A stretch of DNA of 63,538 bases, filler included, from Welwitschia mirabilis (taxonomy: Eukaryota): NCBI GenBank assembly GCA_051453625.1. It is 5 parts of one record of this genome, joined end to end, with 100 filler letters (N's around TTAATTAATTAA, not from the genome) between each part and the next. Parts side by side here need not be neighbours in the genome. Positions count along the whole stretch, not along the records: positions 39,337 to 53,505 come from JBOZIK010000001.1; positions 53,606 to 61,085 come from JBOZIK010000001.1; positions 61,186 to 63,538 come from JBOZIK010000001.1; 2 more parts are not named here. One strand, written 5' to 3'. How positions within the stretch are numbered: the first letter of the stretch is position 1; each line of letters starts with the position of its first letter. Below, piece after piece: positions 52,262-63,538 of the stretch. Both the position numbers and the translations under genes were made by a program. The notes under the pieces were generated by a model, which made no database searches, was not told the origin of the DNA, and saw nothing but the letters and a program-made list of their open reading frames with translations.

Positions 52262-53505
52262 ACACCTCTAGGCATTAAGTTGGTATCGACCTTGGAGTGT
52301 AATGCTATAGGTTGACTCACTTGATTCTAGTGCAACCTAAGGATTTGATGGAACTCGAGGGCTCTTTTGGATCTAATGAAAAAGGAGTAGAGAATACCAG
52401 TTAGTTATAGGTAGCTTTGTCAACACCCCGAATTGTGCCCTGCTGGATCATCCCACTAGTATAGTGGTCATCGACATAGGCAATGGGCTTATGCAGCAAC
52501 CATAATGTGCATTGTAAGGCCTATAGGTAGGCATTAGGAAAAACTCTAAAAGTTAAAGGGTAAAAAAAAGGAAAAAGATGAAGTGAATAAGAAAGGGCAA
52601 GGTCCTTCTTATTAGAGTGGTGAAGAGAAGGAATTCAACTCTACCAACTCAAAGAGAAGAAGAAGATAAGTGTCCAAGGGAGACTTACTACAATAGTAAA
52701 GCTAAGAACATAAGTCTGAATAGACAATGCTAGAGACGGACTTGTCTGTAGGAGGCATGCTCAGAAGCTATTAAGGATTGGAGATAGGCTTTTTCGCTGA
52801 AGGGGTGTGGAAGAGTCGGGGTAGAGGTGAGAATCCACGCCTTGGGCATCATAAACTTGGGTTGGGGGAAAGACAGTGATAAGAGAGATATAGGGTTGAG
52901 GGAAAGAAAAAGTAAAGAAAGGAGGAAGAAAATGGAGGGAGTAGGACATTGGAGGGGCCATCAGCCTTGGAAAGGTGGCTCTATTAGAAGGAAAGAAAAG
53001 GAGAGGAGCTGTTGATTTTCTGGAGTAACCATTAGTTACTAGAGCGTTTCTAGAGTGGAGATCTATCTCAAGATGGACCTCTTTGATGCTGAAAGAAGTT
53101 TGAAAGGTACCTTGAAGGACAAAACAAGGAAAGGGAAGATGGGAGAGGGGCTTTTCCATGCAGTTCGTGTGGGAGGTAAACGAGTAGGACCACTCCTTCC
53201 ATGCCTTGGGCATGGAAAAGGGAAGGGGAGAGAGGGGAGGTGAGGGAGAATGGGAATGAGAGGGAAAAGAAGAGAAGGGAAGGGCAAAGAAGAGGAAAAA
53301 TGATAAGAGAAGGATCTTTTAAAGGTGGAGATGGGGTTTTCAACTTTGGAGCAGGGCCTTCACCTTGGAGAAAGGGGGAGGAAGGACAAGTGAGACCTCC
53401 AAAGGTGAGGGAAGCCTTCTTTTCCATGCCCTAGGGTTGGAAAGGAGGAGAAAAGGGTTGAGCATAGGCTATAGAGAAGGATAGGGAAATGGAGGAGGGA
53501 GGAAG

Positions 53506-53605
53506 NNNNNNNNNNNNNNNNNNNNNNNNNNNNNNNNNNNNNNNNNNNNTTAATTAATTAANNNNNNNNNNNNNNNNNNNNNNNNNNNNNNNNNNNNNNN
53601 NNNNN
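53506..53605. other. Artificial scaffold-joining spacer
   Basis: 44 N + TTAATTAATTAA (53550-53561) + 44 N. Confidence 0.95.
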
Positions 53606-56600
53606 CATGGGTATCAAGTTTTTTTTTTTTTTTGTTAATATTGAACCCTCTGGTCACTTGACCATAATCATGTATTAGTAACCTCCATCACCACGCAAAA
53701 GAGACCCCTAATATCTTTCTAGTGCCTTAGTGAGTACCAATAGAAAGAAATAATATTTTATAACATAACTGCATAAAACTAATAAATAATTCCCTAATAT
53801 AATATCACATCATTTCACTAAAATCTTAAAAAGAGATCATATGGATAATAAGAGTATGAACTTAGTGGAAAGATTAGTAATTCCTTAATAGTTGAAGATT
53901 AATAAAGATCCAAGCTTAATAGTTCCTTAACTCTAAGCTTTCAAGCTGTAAGCTCCAAGATCCACAAGTAAGAGAGTAAAAGAAAGAGATAGGAAAGAAA
54001 GAAATGAACTTGTATGGAAAAATGAAAATAATTTCCTCTTCGCAAGAGTGGAAACAATCTCTATATGTATATAAACAAAGAAATATAGCTCAAAATCAAA
54101 AGATCACATGATTTAGCATTGATATGTGGGATGGAAAACAAGTGATATTAGAGTATCATATTTATGCCTTATGAACCTAACTAGGATGAATGATCTTATT
54201 GCTTTAATTAACAAGGTTAATTACATGCATTATTTCCTCATGCTAGCTCCTCTTTAATCCTTCATAGGCTTATAAGTTAAGTTTAATTCATCAAAGACAT
54301 GCATCAAAAGAATAAATGAATAAATCTCAAAATTGTCATGTGGTATAATGAGACAAAATCTTCAATTCTAGTGAGAAAACAATAAGTATGATATGAGCAG
54401 AGTGCCCTTACACATCTTAAGAAGATAAAAGTCATGGTGGAGTAAATATACTCATTTATCATTCTTGGTTCTAGGTAAGAGTGTATGTACTTGTTCACAT
54501 GCTGATTTATACCATAATGCATAAAATCTATAAATCATATAACATAAGGAAAAAAATATATTCATAATATAGCATATATATCACATTTATTAAGAATTTA
54601 AATGAGTAAATAAGATATACAATATATTATTATGTCCTCTTAAAAATTTTAATTTATTAGTTTTATCAGTTGATTTTAATTCCTTACATAATGAGATTAC
54701 TAAATTTTAAGTTTTGGATAGCTTTTCTCATAAAAACTTTTTAACATAATTTTTATCATTTTCATGGTAAATTATAAAAATTACAATTCAAAATTCCATC
54801 TTATTTTGATAAGGTATTTAAATAAGAATAATTAATTATATGATAAAAATATTAATATACTTAATACATAAAGTTTACAAAATATGGGATATGACATCCT
54901 TCCCCAGTTAGACTAGTTCACTCTTGGGAATCAAGATACATAAAAAGTTTAAAAACACTTAACTATATATTATGAGATTCAAAATGATTTGGGTATTAAT
55001 TTTTCATTATTTAATCTAGCTCCCAAGTAGCTTCATCAAGATTATGTTTACTCTACTTTATCTTCACTTGATGGATCTCCTTATTTTATAAATTGATAGT
55101 TCATTGGTCCACCATTGATTTTGCCTTCTCTATAGTTGAACAATCTAGTTCTGCATAAATATGAAACCAATTTAACATGTGAAAGGGTTTTGTAATATAC
55201 TTTCTTATCATACTTACATGGAAAACATCATGCATGTGTAATAATCAAGGATATAAAGTAATCTTGTATGCAATAGGTCTAACTCTTTCTAATATTTCAA
55301 GTAGTCCAATGAATCAAGGAGCTAACTTTGATCTCTTAACTCTTCTCGTTACTGATTTCATTAATGATGCTTTAAGACATACATGATTATCTATTTTGAA
55401 CTCAAGATTCCTTCTTTGATAGTTTGCATACATCTTTTATTTATCTGCTAGTTCTTTAAGTTTATCCTTAATTATCCTCATTCTACTTTCCATTTCTTGT
55501 AACATTTTTACTTCTATCATCAATCTTTCTTTATCTTAGTGATTGCTCTATATTTTCCACCATATAGAGCTTCAAATGAAGCCATTTAAATTGAACTCTA
55601 ATAACTATTATTATATGCAAGTTCTACCAATGGTAGGTACTCTTCCCAACTCTTAGAATTATTTAGAATACATTCTCTAAGAATATCTTCAAAAAATTAA
55701 TTAACTCTTTCTTCCTCATCATCTATTTAAGGATGAAATGTAGTGCTTATATTTAACTTGGTTTCTAAAACTTAAAAGAAAATTTTAAAACTCTATTAGA
55801 GATAATTAGTAAAGGCACATCATGTAACCGAATAACATTTTAAAGATATAATTTAGCTATATGCTCGGCATCATAAGTAAATTTTACTAGAATAAAATGT
55901 ATTGACTAGTTTCTCTATCAATCACTACCATAATAGAGTTGTTACCTGTTTGAGATTTTAGAAGTCCTACAATAAAATTCATGAAAATCACATTCTATTT
56001 ATATTTTGAAATATTATGAGGATAAAGTAATCTTGATTTAATGTTCTACTTTAACTTGTTAATAATTAAAGCATCATGACACAAATTTTGCTATATCCTT
56101 TTTTATCATTGGTCACCAAATTTTTGTTTTATGGTTTGGTATATTTTAGATCCTCCAAGATGATTTGTTATAGGTGGATTATTAAATTAATACATTAGCT
56201 TATGTTTAATTCCATTTACATTAGAAACCAAAAATCTTTACTTAAATCTAATAATACCATCTGAATTAATATTAAAATGCTATAAATTAATTGATTTTTC
56301 TAACTGTTCCTTTAATTTTTAACAATTCTCATTTTTTCTTATCTCTCTATCATTATGATAGGAATTTGGCTTTGAATTTGTATGATTATTTTGACACAAC
56401 CTCGTGTACTAAGAGCATTTACAACCTTATTTCCCTTACCTTCATGGTATAAAATTTCTAGATTAAAATCACCTAGAAACTTCATCCATCTTATTTGTCT
56501 AAAGTTTAAGTTTAATTCAGTAAAAAGGTATTTTAAACTCTTTCGATCTATTCAAACTTGAAACTTTACATCATACAGATAGTGCTTTTACAATTTTAAA

Positions 56601-59600
56601 GCAAGAATTACCATAGCTAATTTAAGATTATGAATAGGATAATTTCTCTTATAAGTTTTAAATTATCTTGATTCATAAGCTATTACATTTTTATCTTATT
56701 CAAGAATTGCTATAAGAACTTCTCCAGATGCATGGGTATAAACTGAAAAGATCTTTGAATCATTTTGCATTGCTAAGAATGAAGCACTAGTTAAGCATTC
56801 TTTAAGATGATCAAATATTTGTTGATATTTTTTCGTCCATTGAAAGTTTTTATTTTTCTTTAAAAGATTTGTTAATGAAGAATTTATCTTAGAGAAGTTG
56901 AAGAAGTTGACCATTTTATAGTTTCTATCACTTTATCTTCATCCACTTATATATCTTTCTTGGATATTGCATGACCTAGAAGTTGAATGGATTCCTTCCA
57001 AAAAGAGCACTTTTCCATGTCATCATATAATTGGTGATTTTGTGAAGTTTGTAATACCATTTTCAAGCATATTTTTTACTCTCCATAAGTTTTAGAATAA
57101 ATGAGGATATCATCAATAAATACTATCATAAAGAAAACAATATGTGGTTGAAAGATGTAATTCATAAGACTCATAAATATTACAAGGACATTAGTTAAAA
57201 TAAAAGGCATAATAATAAACTCATAATGTTCTTAATGGGTTTTAAATACTATTTTATAAATATCTACTTCCTCAATTTGAAGTTGATGATATTTAGATTT
57301 TAGATGAATTTTTTAGAATACCTTACCTTACTTACGTTGATCAAAAGGTTTATCTATTTTCTGTAGTGGATACTTGTTTTTTATAGTAATTATCCATAAT
57401 CAATGCATACTCTTGGTATTCCATCTTTCTGCTTTGCAAATAATATAGGTTCTCCCCATGGTGATACACTAGGATGAATAAAGCCTTTTTGTAAGAATTC
57501 TTTAAACTAAAATTTTAATTCTTTCAGTTCTATAGGAGACATTTTATATGGTTCCTTAAAAATTGGTTGCATTCCTAGGATCAAATCAATGGAAAAATCA
57601 ACTTCCCAAAGTGGTAGCATTTCTAGTAATTATGTTATAAATATATTAATATACTCTTGTATTCTTGGTATATTCTTTACTGAGGTTTCTCTTTCTTACA
57701 AGATAATTGATTTTTGATATAGCATATAAACTAGTAAACCCCTCTTAATTTCTCTTTTTTTATGTATTGCATTACTTAAATTCACCACTGCTAATTTGTA
57801 ATGATCTTGAAAGATTAGTCTTTAATCTAATTTATCATTTCTACTTGATGTTTTTTACAATTTATAACTGCTCTGTAATACATTAACCAATTCATGTTTA
57901 AAATAATATCATATTTTCCTAAGCTAATAACAATTAATTATATTTGAAATTTCCCCTACTTAGGGATAAAGTAAAGTCTTGGAGTTACTGATTAACTTTG
58001 AACATGAACCCATTTGCTAGCTCTATGCATTACTTAATTAGAGTATAACATAATCTTTCTCTTACAATAATTCTAGGAGATATAAATAAATGTATTGCTG
58101 CAAAATCAAGTAAAATAGTTTCTACTTTATTATTAAGTAAAGCCTTACCTTTTATGATAGAGCTTTGAAATTGCATCCCTTAATTATCTACTACTACTTA
58201 AAGTTATCCTATGTATTAAAGAACACTTTTTATTGTTGAGGCTTTTCTCCTTATTGTTTGAAAATGTTTATATTACATAATGAACATTCTTTTATGTTAT
58301 GATTTCCTTTATACTGGTAACATTGATATCCATTATATTGGTTGTGGTACTGATATTGACTAGAAATTTGCTAGAAGTTAGAGCTCTGACATTGATTACT
58401 TGCATAGATTTGACTAAGAACATTCTAATTTCTTTTAAATGGAGCCTACTTAGGTTGATTAAAATTTTTATTTTTACTATTATTATTATTACTATTACTT
58501 TTGCTAAAGTACTAATTCTTATTTTGATAAGACATTTATCATTAATTTCGCTTAAGGATATCCTCCTGTAAAGGAATTTATTTCTTAATTTATTATTGTA
58601 TTCACCTTCTTTTTGCTATTTTTTCTTTTTCTACAACTTCTGCTAGACTTTTAGGTTGAAACATGGATACTTTGGTAAAGGAAGAAGACTATCAATTAGC
58701 TTCTTTGTCAAGATGCATATGTGAGACATATCTTAATAATTCTACAAATTTGCACTTAAGAGAGGCTATGATCACATTATGAACTTATCTTAGATTATAG
58801 AATTTTGGAACTTTTGGAAAATATAGAACTTAATGATGTACCTCTTATTAAAGATGTGCTCAAATTCCCTCTAGAAAAGTTCTAGATCTTTCAACTTGGT
58901 CATTTTTATTTTCTACCATAGATTAGCTTCTTCTTGTAACATATAAATAGTTAAAGAAGCCTTTTCATATTCATCACATCCTAAGGTACCTATACCCTTT
59001 TTAAAATTCCTTAGCTATGCTTCTGCTTTATAAGGATCTGAACCTCCTACAAACTTTGGTATATTTAGCTTAATAAAAGTTTTAATTAATTTTCTTATAC
59101 CCACTTCCTTAGGTTGATTGATATAATTATTTACTTATAACTTTTGACATTGATTTACTATTCATTATAGAAATTACATGAATGTATTCATTGATACTTT
59201 TGGATTAAGTTTGAACTAAGTTAATTTCCATCATTAATTTTCTAGTCCTCTTGTAAATTCTCTTGATATTAATTGCTTGGTGTAATTGACCTAGCCTTAA
59301 AGTTTAACTAATGATGACGAGGCGTCTAAAAGAAGGGGAAATTTTTATGATATTGCACTTGCAAATAGGATAGAAATTATTAAAGGTTAAACTTAGAGAA
59401 ATTTTTAAGATCTTACAAAGAACATGATTATCATTATGAGGTTATTGGTTCTTATTTATAATTTAAAGTATATAACCAATCTTATTCGCTTTCTTTATTT
59501 TCAAAAGATAAGGTTTATAAGTTATGAATATGGATTTTCACTTTAAAGTTATATGACCATATTATTTAGAAGAAATAACTTGGATAAAGATTTGATTATT

Positions 59601-61085
59601 TCTAGGAGTATCTAATTATAAGGCATTATTTTATAATTAGATCATTGTCCTAAATTTTTTAGATAATTATAATTCTTCTAAGTGATTATTATCTATAGCT
59701 ATAAGGTAATAGAATCTTTAATGACTTGAATTCATCATCCTTATTAGTTTGTTTAGGGATTTTTAATTATCATAAATATAATTAGCATAATGATCATCTA
59801 GGGTTTGGGATTATAGTCAACCTTATAAATACTTTAAAACTATCCCAAGTATAATCAACTTCTAGGATTATTAAGGTGTTAAGATTATTATTAGCGTAAT
59901 CTTTATAATTATGGAGGTTAATATGAATGTAGTTTAGTATATATTTAAGGAGTATAAAAATTAAAGATATAATGAAATTCATAACTATTATGAGATATGA
60001 TTATATTCTCCTTATCTAGAAGTTAGAGTTATCTTAAGATCTAGTATTATCAAGGATATAACTAGTTTTGCTCATGGTTTAAGATTATTGGAGATATAAC
60101 TAACTTTATAGCTCTTAGGAATTAAGGTTATCATAGTTACAATAAATTTATCATTATTGATGGGAAAGGTTATTAAAGATATAATTGGATTTATATTCCT
60201 CTAAATTTATAAGTGCTTAACATAAGTATTATTTAAGTTAACCTATATCATTGATAATAATTTGTTACATCCTCTCTTAACCTAGTTAAGTAATATTTTT
60301 TTCTATTTTATTTTCTCTTTCTTCTGTCTTTAACATTATTACCTAATAGACACATCAAAGCCTAGGAGCAAATTTTACTTATTCTTTTATTAGCACTTTT
60401 ATATTCTAAGAAAAATAAATCATATTAATATTATATATTTACTTATAATTAATTTGTAGATAACTTTAGTTTACAAATAATAATAATATCATAAAGTTTA
60501 TGTCCTCCATTTCTTTCTAGTCTTCATCACATAAAATGGTATCTTATAAATAGTTGACGAAATGTAAACTTATTACAAACATACATGGATAAGGTTAAGG
60601 ATACTATCTAACTAATGTAATAGGAGGTTAAAACTTCCATTAATGATATTCTAACTCGATATACAACCATATTCTAGATGTGAGTTAATTTTAAACTACA
60701 CAAACATAAATGGGCTCAACTCTATGGGCTTACACTTTACCTTGATATAGCCCTAATATAGGTAACAGGTATTACATGAGGTAGATGCATGCTTACAAAA
60801 AATCCCTACTTTCTTAAAACATTTGTAGATGATGCAATATTATTCATTAATGCCAAGAGCTTGAGATATTAAATTGAAGTAAGTTAATATATGGGTAAGA
60901 GATCAAATCCATTTATAAAAGGGTATTCTTAAAAAAAACACAAATGTAATGCAACCCATCTTGGTGATGAAATCTAAGTATGGGGATGAACATTATTAGG
61001 ATTATCTTGATTTAGTCTTGTTCGATGAATATACCATATAAATACATGCATATAATTCTAACTAATATGGATATTTAATGGATTA
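53606..61085 (-). mobile_element. Highly degenerate Ty3/gypsy chromovirus (Tekay-like), both LTRs cut by scaffold ends
   Basis: On the minus strand: gag KFVGGSDPYKAEA*L (about 59020-59060), protease LLDFAAIHLFIS (about 58080-58115), [18 protein letters not shown] and MIVFIDDI (about 57105-57130), RNaseH VYTHASG..YES, integrase and chromodomain KHNLDEATWE..YPNHF (about 54980-55050). PPT is at 54897-54908, the 3' LTR begins TGTCATATCCC at 54896, and the 5' LTR end ggatgtaaca is at 60263. Confidence 0.88.
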
Positions 61086-61185
61086 NNNNNNNNNNNNNNN
61101 NNNNNNNNNNNNNNNNNNNNNNNNNNNNNTTAATTAATTAANNNNNNNNNNNNNNNNNNNNNNNNNNNNNNNNNNNNNNNNNNNN
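61086..61185. other. Artificial scaffold-joining spacer
   Basis: 44 N + TTAATTAATTAA (61130-61141) + 44 N. Confidence 0.95.
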
Positions 61186-63538
61186 GGTTTTTGAAAGTAA
61201 ATGCTTTATCTTAAAAGATAGATAATGTTTGAGTAAATTTGAGTCCAAAGTTGATGAAGCAATATTTTTAGGATACTAAACTAGAAGTAGAGCCCCTTGG
61301 GTCTTCAATAAATGAAGTTTAATTGTGAAAGAATCTATAAACATTCAAATAGATGACTTTACTATAATACTTATTCCTTTAAATGGTGAAGAGAATCTTA
61401 CTCCAAGTATCTCCATAATAAAAGAAGCAACAACTAAAAAGGAAGAAAAACCATCGCTACTTCCAAAAGTTCAAAGAGCTAAAAGATCACTCACTTAAGT
61501 TTATTATTAGAGATCTAAGCTCAAAAATGTGAAGTAAAAACTCTATTAAAAATTTCTATTCCCACATTTGTTATTTCTTCCAAATTGAACCTAAAAAATT
61601 TGAAGAGGCTAAATCTCTTAAAGAATGTATGATGGCTATGCAAGAAGAACCTCAACAAGTCAAAAGAAATGATGTTTGAAAACTTGTAGAAAGACTAAAA
61701 GATTGAAATGTAATTAGAATAAAATAGATATTTAAGAATATGTGTGATGAACACAATAATATAATTAATAACAAGACAAAATTAGTGGCCTGAATATAAC
61801 CATATTGAAGGAATAGATGTGGGAGACATGTTTGTTCCAGTGGCTAGAATTGATAGTATTAGAATGTTTCACTCCTATGTAGCCTTTAAGAACATCAAAG
61901 TTTTTTAGATGGATGTGAAAAGTTACTTTTTAAATGAAACTCTTAAAAAAGAAGTTTATGTGTAGCAATCACAAGGTTNNNNNNNNNNNNNNNNNNNNNN
62001 NNNNNNNNNNNNNNNNNNNNNNNNNNNNNNNNNNNNNNNNNNNNNNNNNNNNNNNNNNNNNNNNNNNNNNNNNNNNNNGTCTTTGACATTAAATGATTCC
62101 TCTTAAAAGATAGAGAAAATTTAAGTAAATTTAAGTCCAAAGTTGATAAAGCAATTTTCTTAGGATACTAAACTAGAGGTAGAACCTATCGAGTTTTCAA
62201 AAATAAAGTATAATAGTGGAAGAATACATAAATGTTCAAATAGATGATTTTAGTAGTAGAGTTCTTTATTTAAGTGATTAAGGAAATTTTACTCCAAGTA
62301 TTTCCATATTAAAAGAAGTAACAACTAAAAAGGAAGAAGATCCATCTAGAGAGATTACATCTAAAAAGTTTAAAAAACTAAAATATCACATACTTGACTC
62401 TATTATTGGAGATATAAGCTTAAAAATTTAAACTAGAAGATTTTTAAAAAAAATTTGTATCCACATTTTTTATGTTTCTTAAATTAAACCCAAAACGTTT
62501 GAATAAGTTAAATCTCTTGAAGAATGGATGCTGGTTATGTAAGAAGAACTTAAATAATTCAAAAGAAATAATTTTTGGAAATTTTTAGAAAGATGAATAG
62601 ATTGAAATGTAATTAAAACATAATGGATCTTTAAGAATAAGTATGATAAATACAATAATGTAAATAAAAACAAGGCAAGATTAGTGGATCAAGTATCTAA
62701 CTAGATAGAAGGAATAAATGTAGGAGATACATTTGCTCTAGTGGTCAAACTAGACAGTATTAGAATGTTTCTATCTTATGTATCCTTTAAGAACATCAAA
62801 GTTTTTTAGATGGATGTGAAAAGTTCCTTTTTAAATGAAACTCTTAAAAAAGAAGTTTATGTGTAGCAATCACAAGGTTTCATAGATCCATACAAATTAA
62901 ACATATCTATAGACTTAAAAAGGCTTTGTATGATTTAAAACAAAAAACTAGCAACATTTTTTAAAGAAAATGGTTACACCCATGGAGCTGTGGATAAAAC
63001 TATAATTGTTAAAAATTTGAAAAAGTACTTTATCATCATTCAAATCCTATGTTGACAACATAATCTTTGAAGCCTTAAAAGAAGATCTCTAAAACGAATT
63101 TGCTAGTATATAACTACACAATTTGAAATTATTATGATGGATGAAGTTTGCATGTTTCTTGGTCTTCAAATTAAACAACTAAAACATATGACCATATAAT
63201 TTGAAATGATTATGATGGGTGAAGTTTGCATGTTTCTTGGTCTTCAAATAAAACATGGAATTTTCATCCCTGAATCTAAATACTTAAGGAATTTCATCAA
63301 GCAATTTAGACTATAAAATACAAAATCAAATGTTAACTTCTTATAAGGTCAGTCTTTATGATCATGGAAAATCTGTGGATCAAAAACTTTATAGAAGTAT
63401 AATAGAAAGTACATTATATGTAACCTCAAGTAGATTTGACATAATGTTCAATGTCACTATATGTGTAAGATATTAGACTCAATCAAAGGAATTACTCCTC
63501 TAATCTATTAAAAGAATCATAAGATAAATAAAAGGCAC
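61186..63538 (+). pseudogene. Degenerate Ty1/copia pol (SIRE-like): integrase C-terminus and RT
   Basis: KFESKVDEAIFLGY, QIEPKKFEEA..MAMQEE..KRNDV, NKARLVDQ, MDVKSSFLNETL and YVDNIIF (about 63049). About 61190-61978 is repeated at about 62080-62880 across a 100-N gap. Confidence 0.85.

Noticed and set aside
52761..53434. Cluster of overlapping 60-150 aa ORFs as protein-coding genes
   Set aside because: Low-complexity purine/pyrimidine skew depletes stop codons, and no domain was recognised.

Overview
This is plant nuclear DNA made almost entirely of degenerate transposable elements. I found no intact host gene, functional RNA gene or CRISPR array. The window is not one locus: four 100-bp spacers (44 N + TTAATTAATTAA + 44 N) join five scaffolds, A 1-22582, B 22683-39236, C 39337-53505, D 53606-61085 and E 61186-63538. 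Scaffold A holds the 3' end of a Sirevirus-like Copia (extra ORF, multiple PPTs, LTR), two copies of a short-LTR Copia derivative that lacks the RT core and carries a tRNA-like module in its leader, and a minus-strand Copia RT-RNaseH relic. Scaffold B holds two Tnt1/Tork-like Copia elements, a hAT MITE with an 8-bp TSD, and an intron-containing hAT transposase pseudogene. Scaffold C holds an L1-type LINE, a third Tnt1-like Copia with non-matching LTRs, and a Sirevirus-like solo LTR with a 5-bp TSD. Scaffold D is a very AT-rich chromovirus Ty3/gypsy, and scaffold E is SIRE-type pol. Many 100-N gaps are flanked by diverged duplicate sequence. The best candidate for something new is the RT-less Copia family in scaffold A. 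All domain calls come from manual translation and motif recognition, not database searches, and boundaries without TG..CA, TSD or PBS support are approximate.
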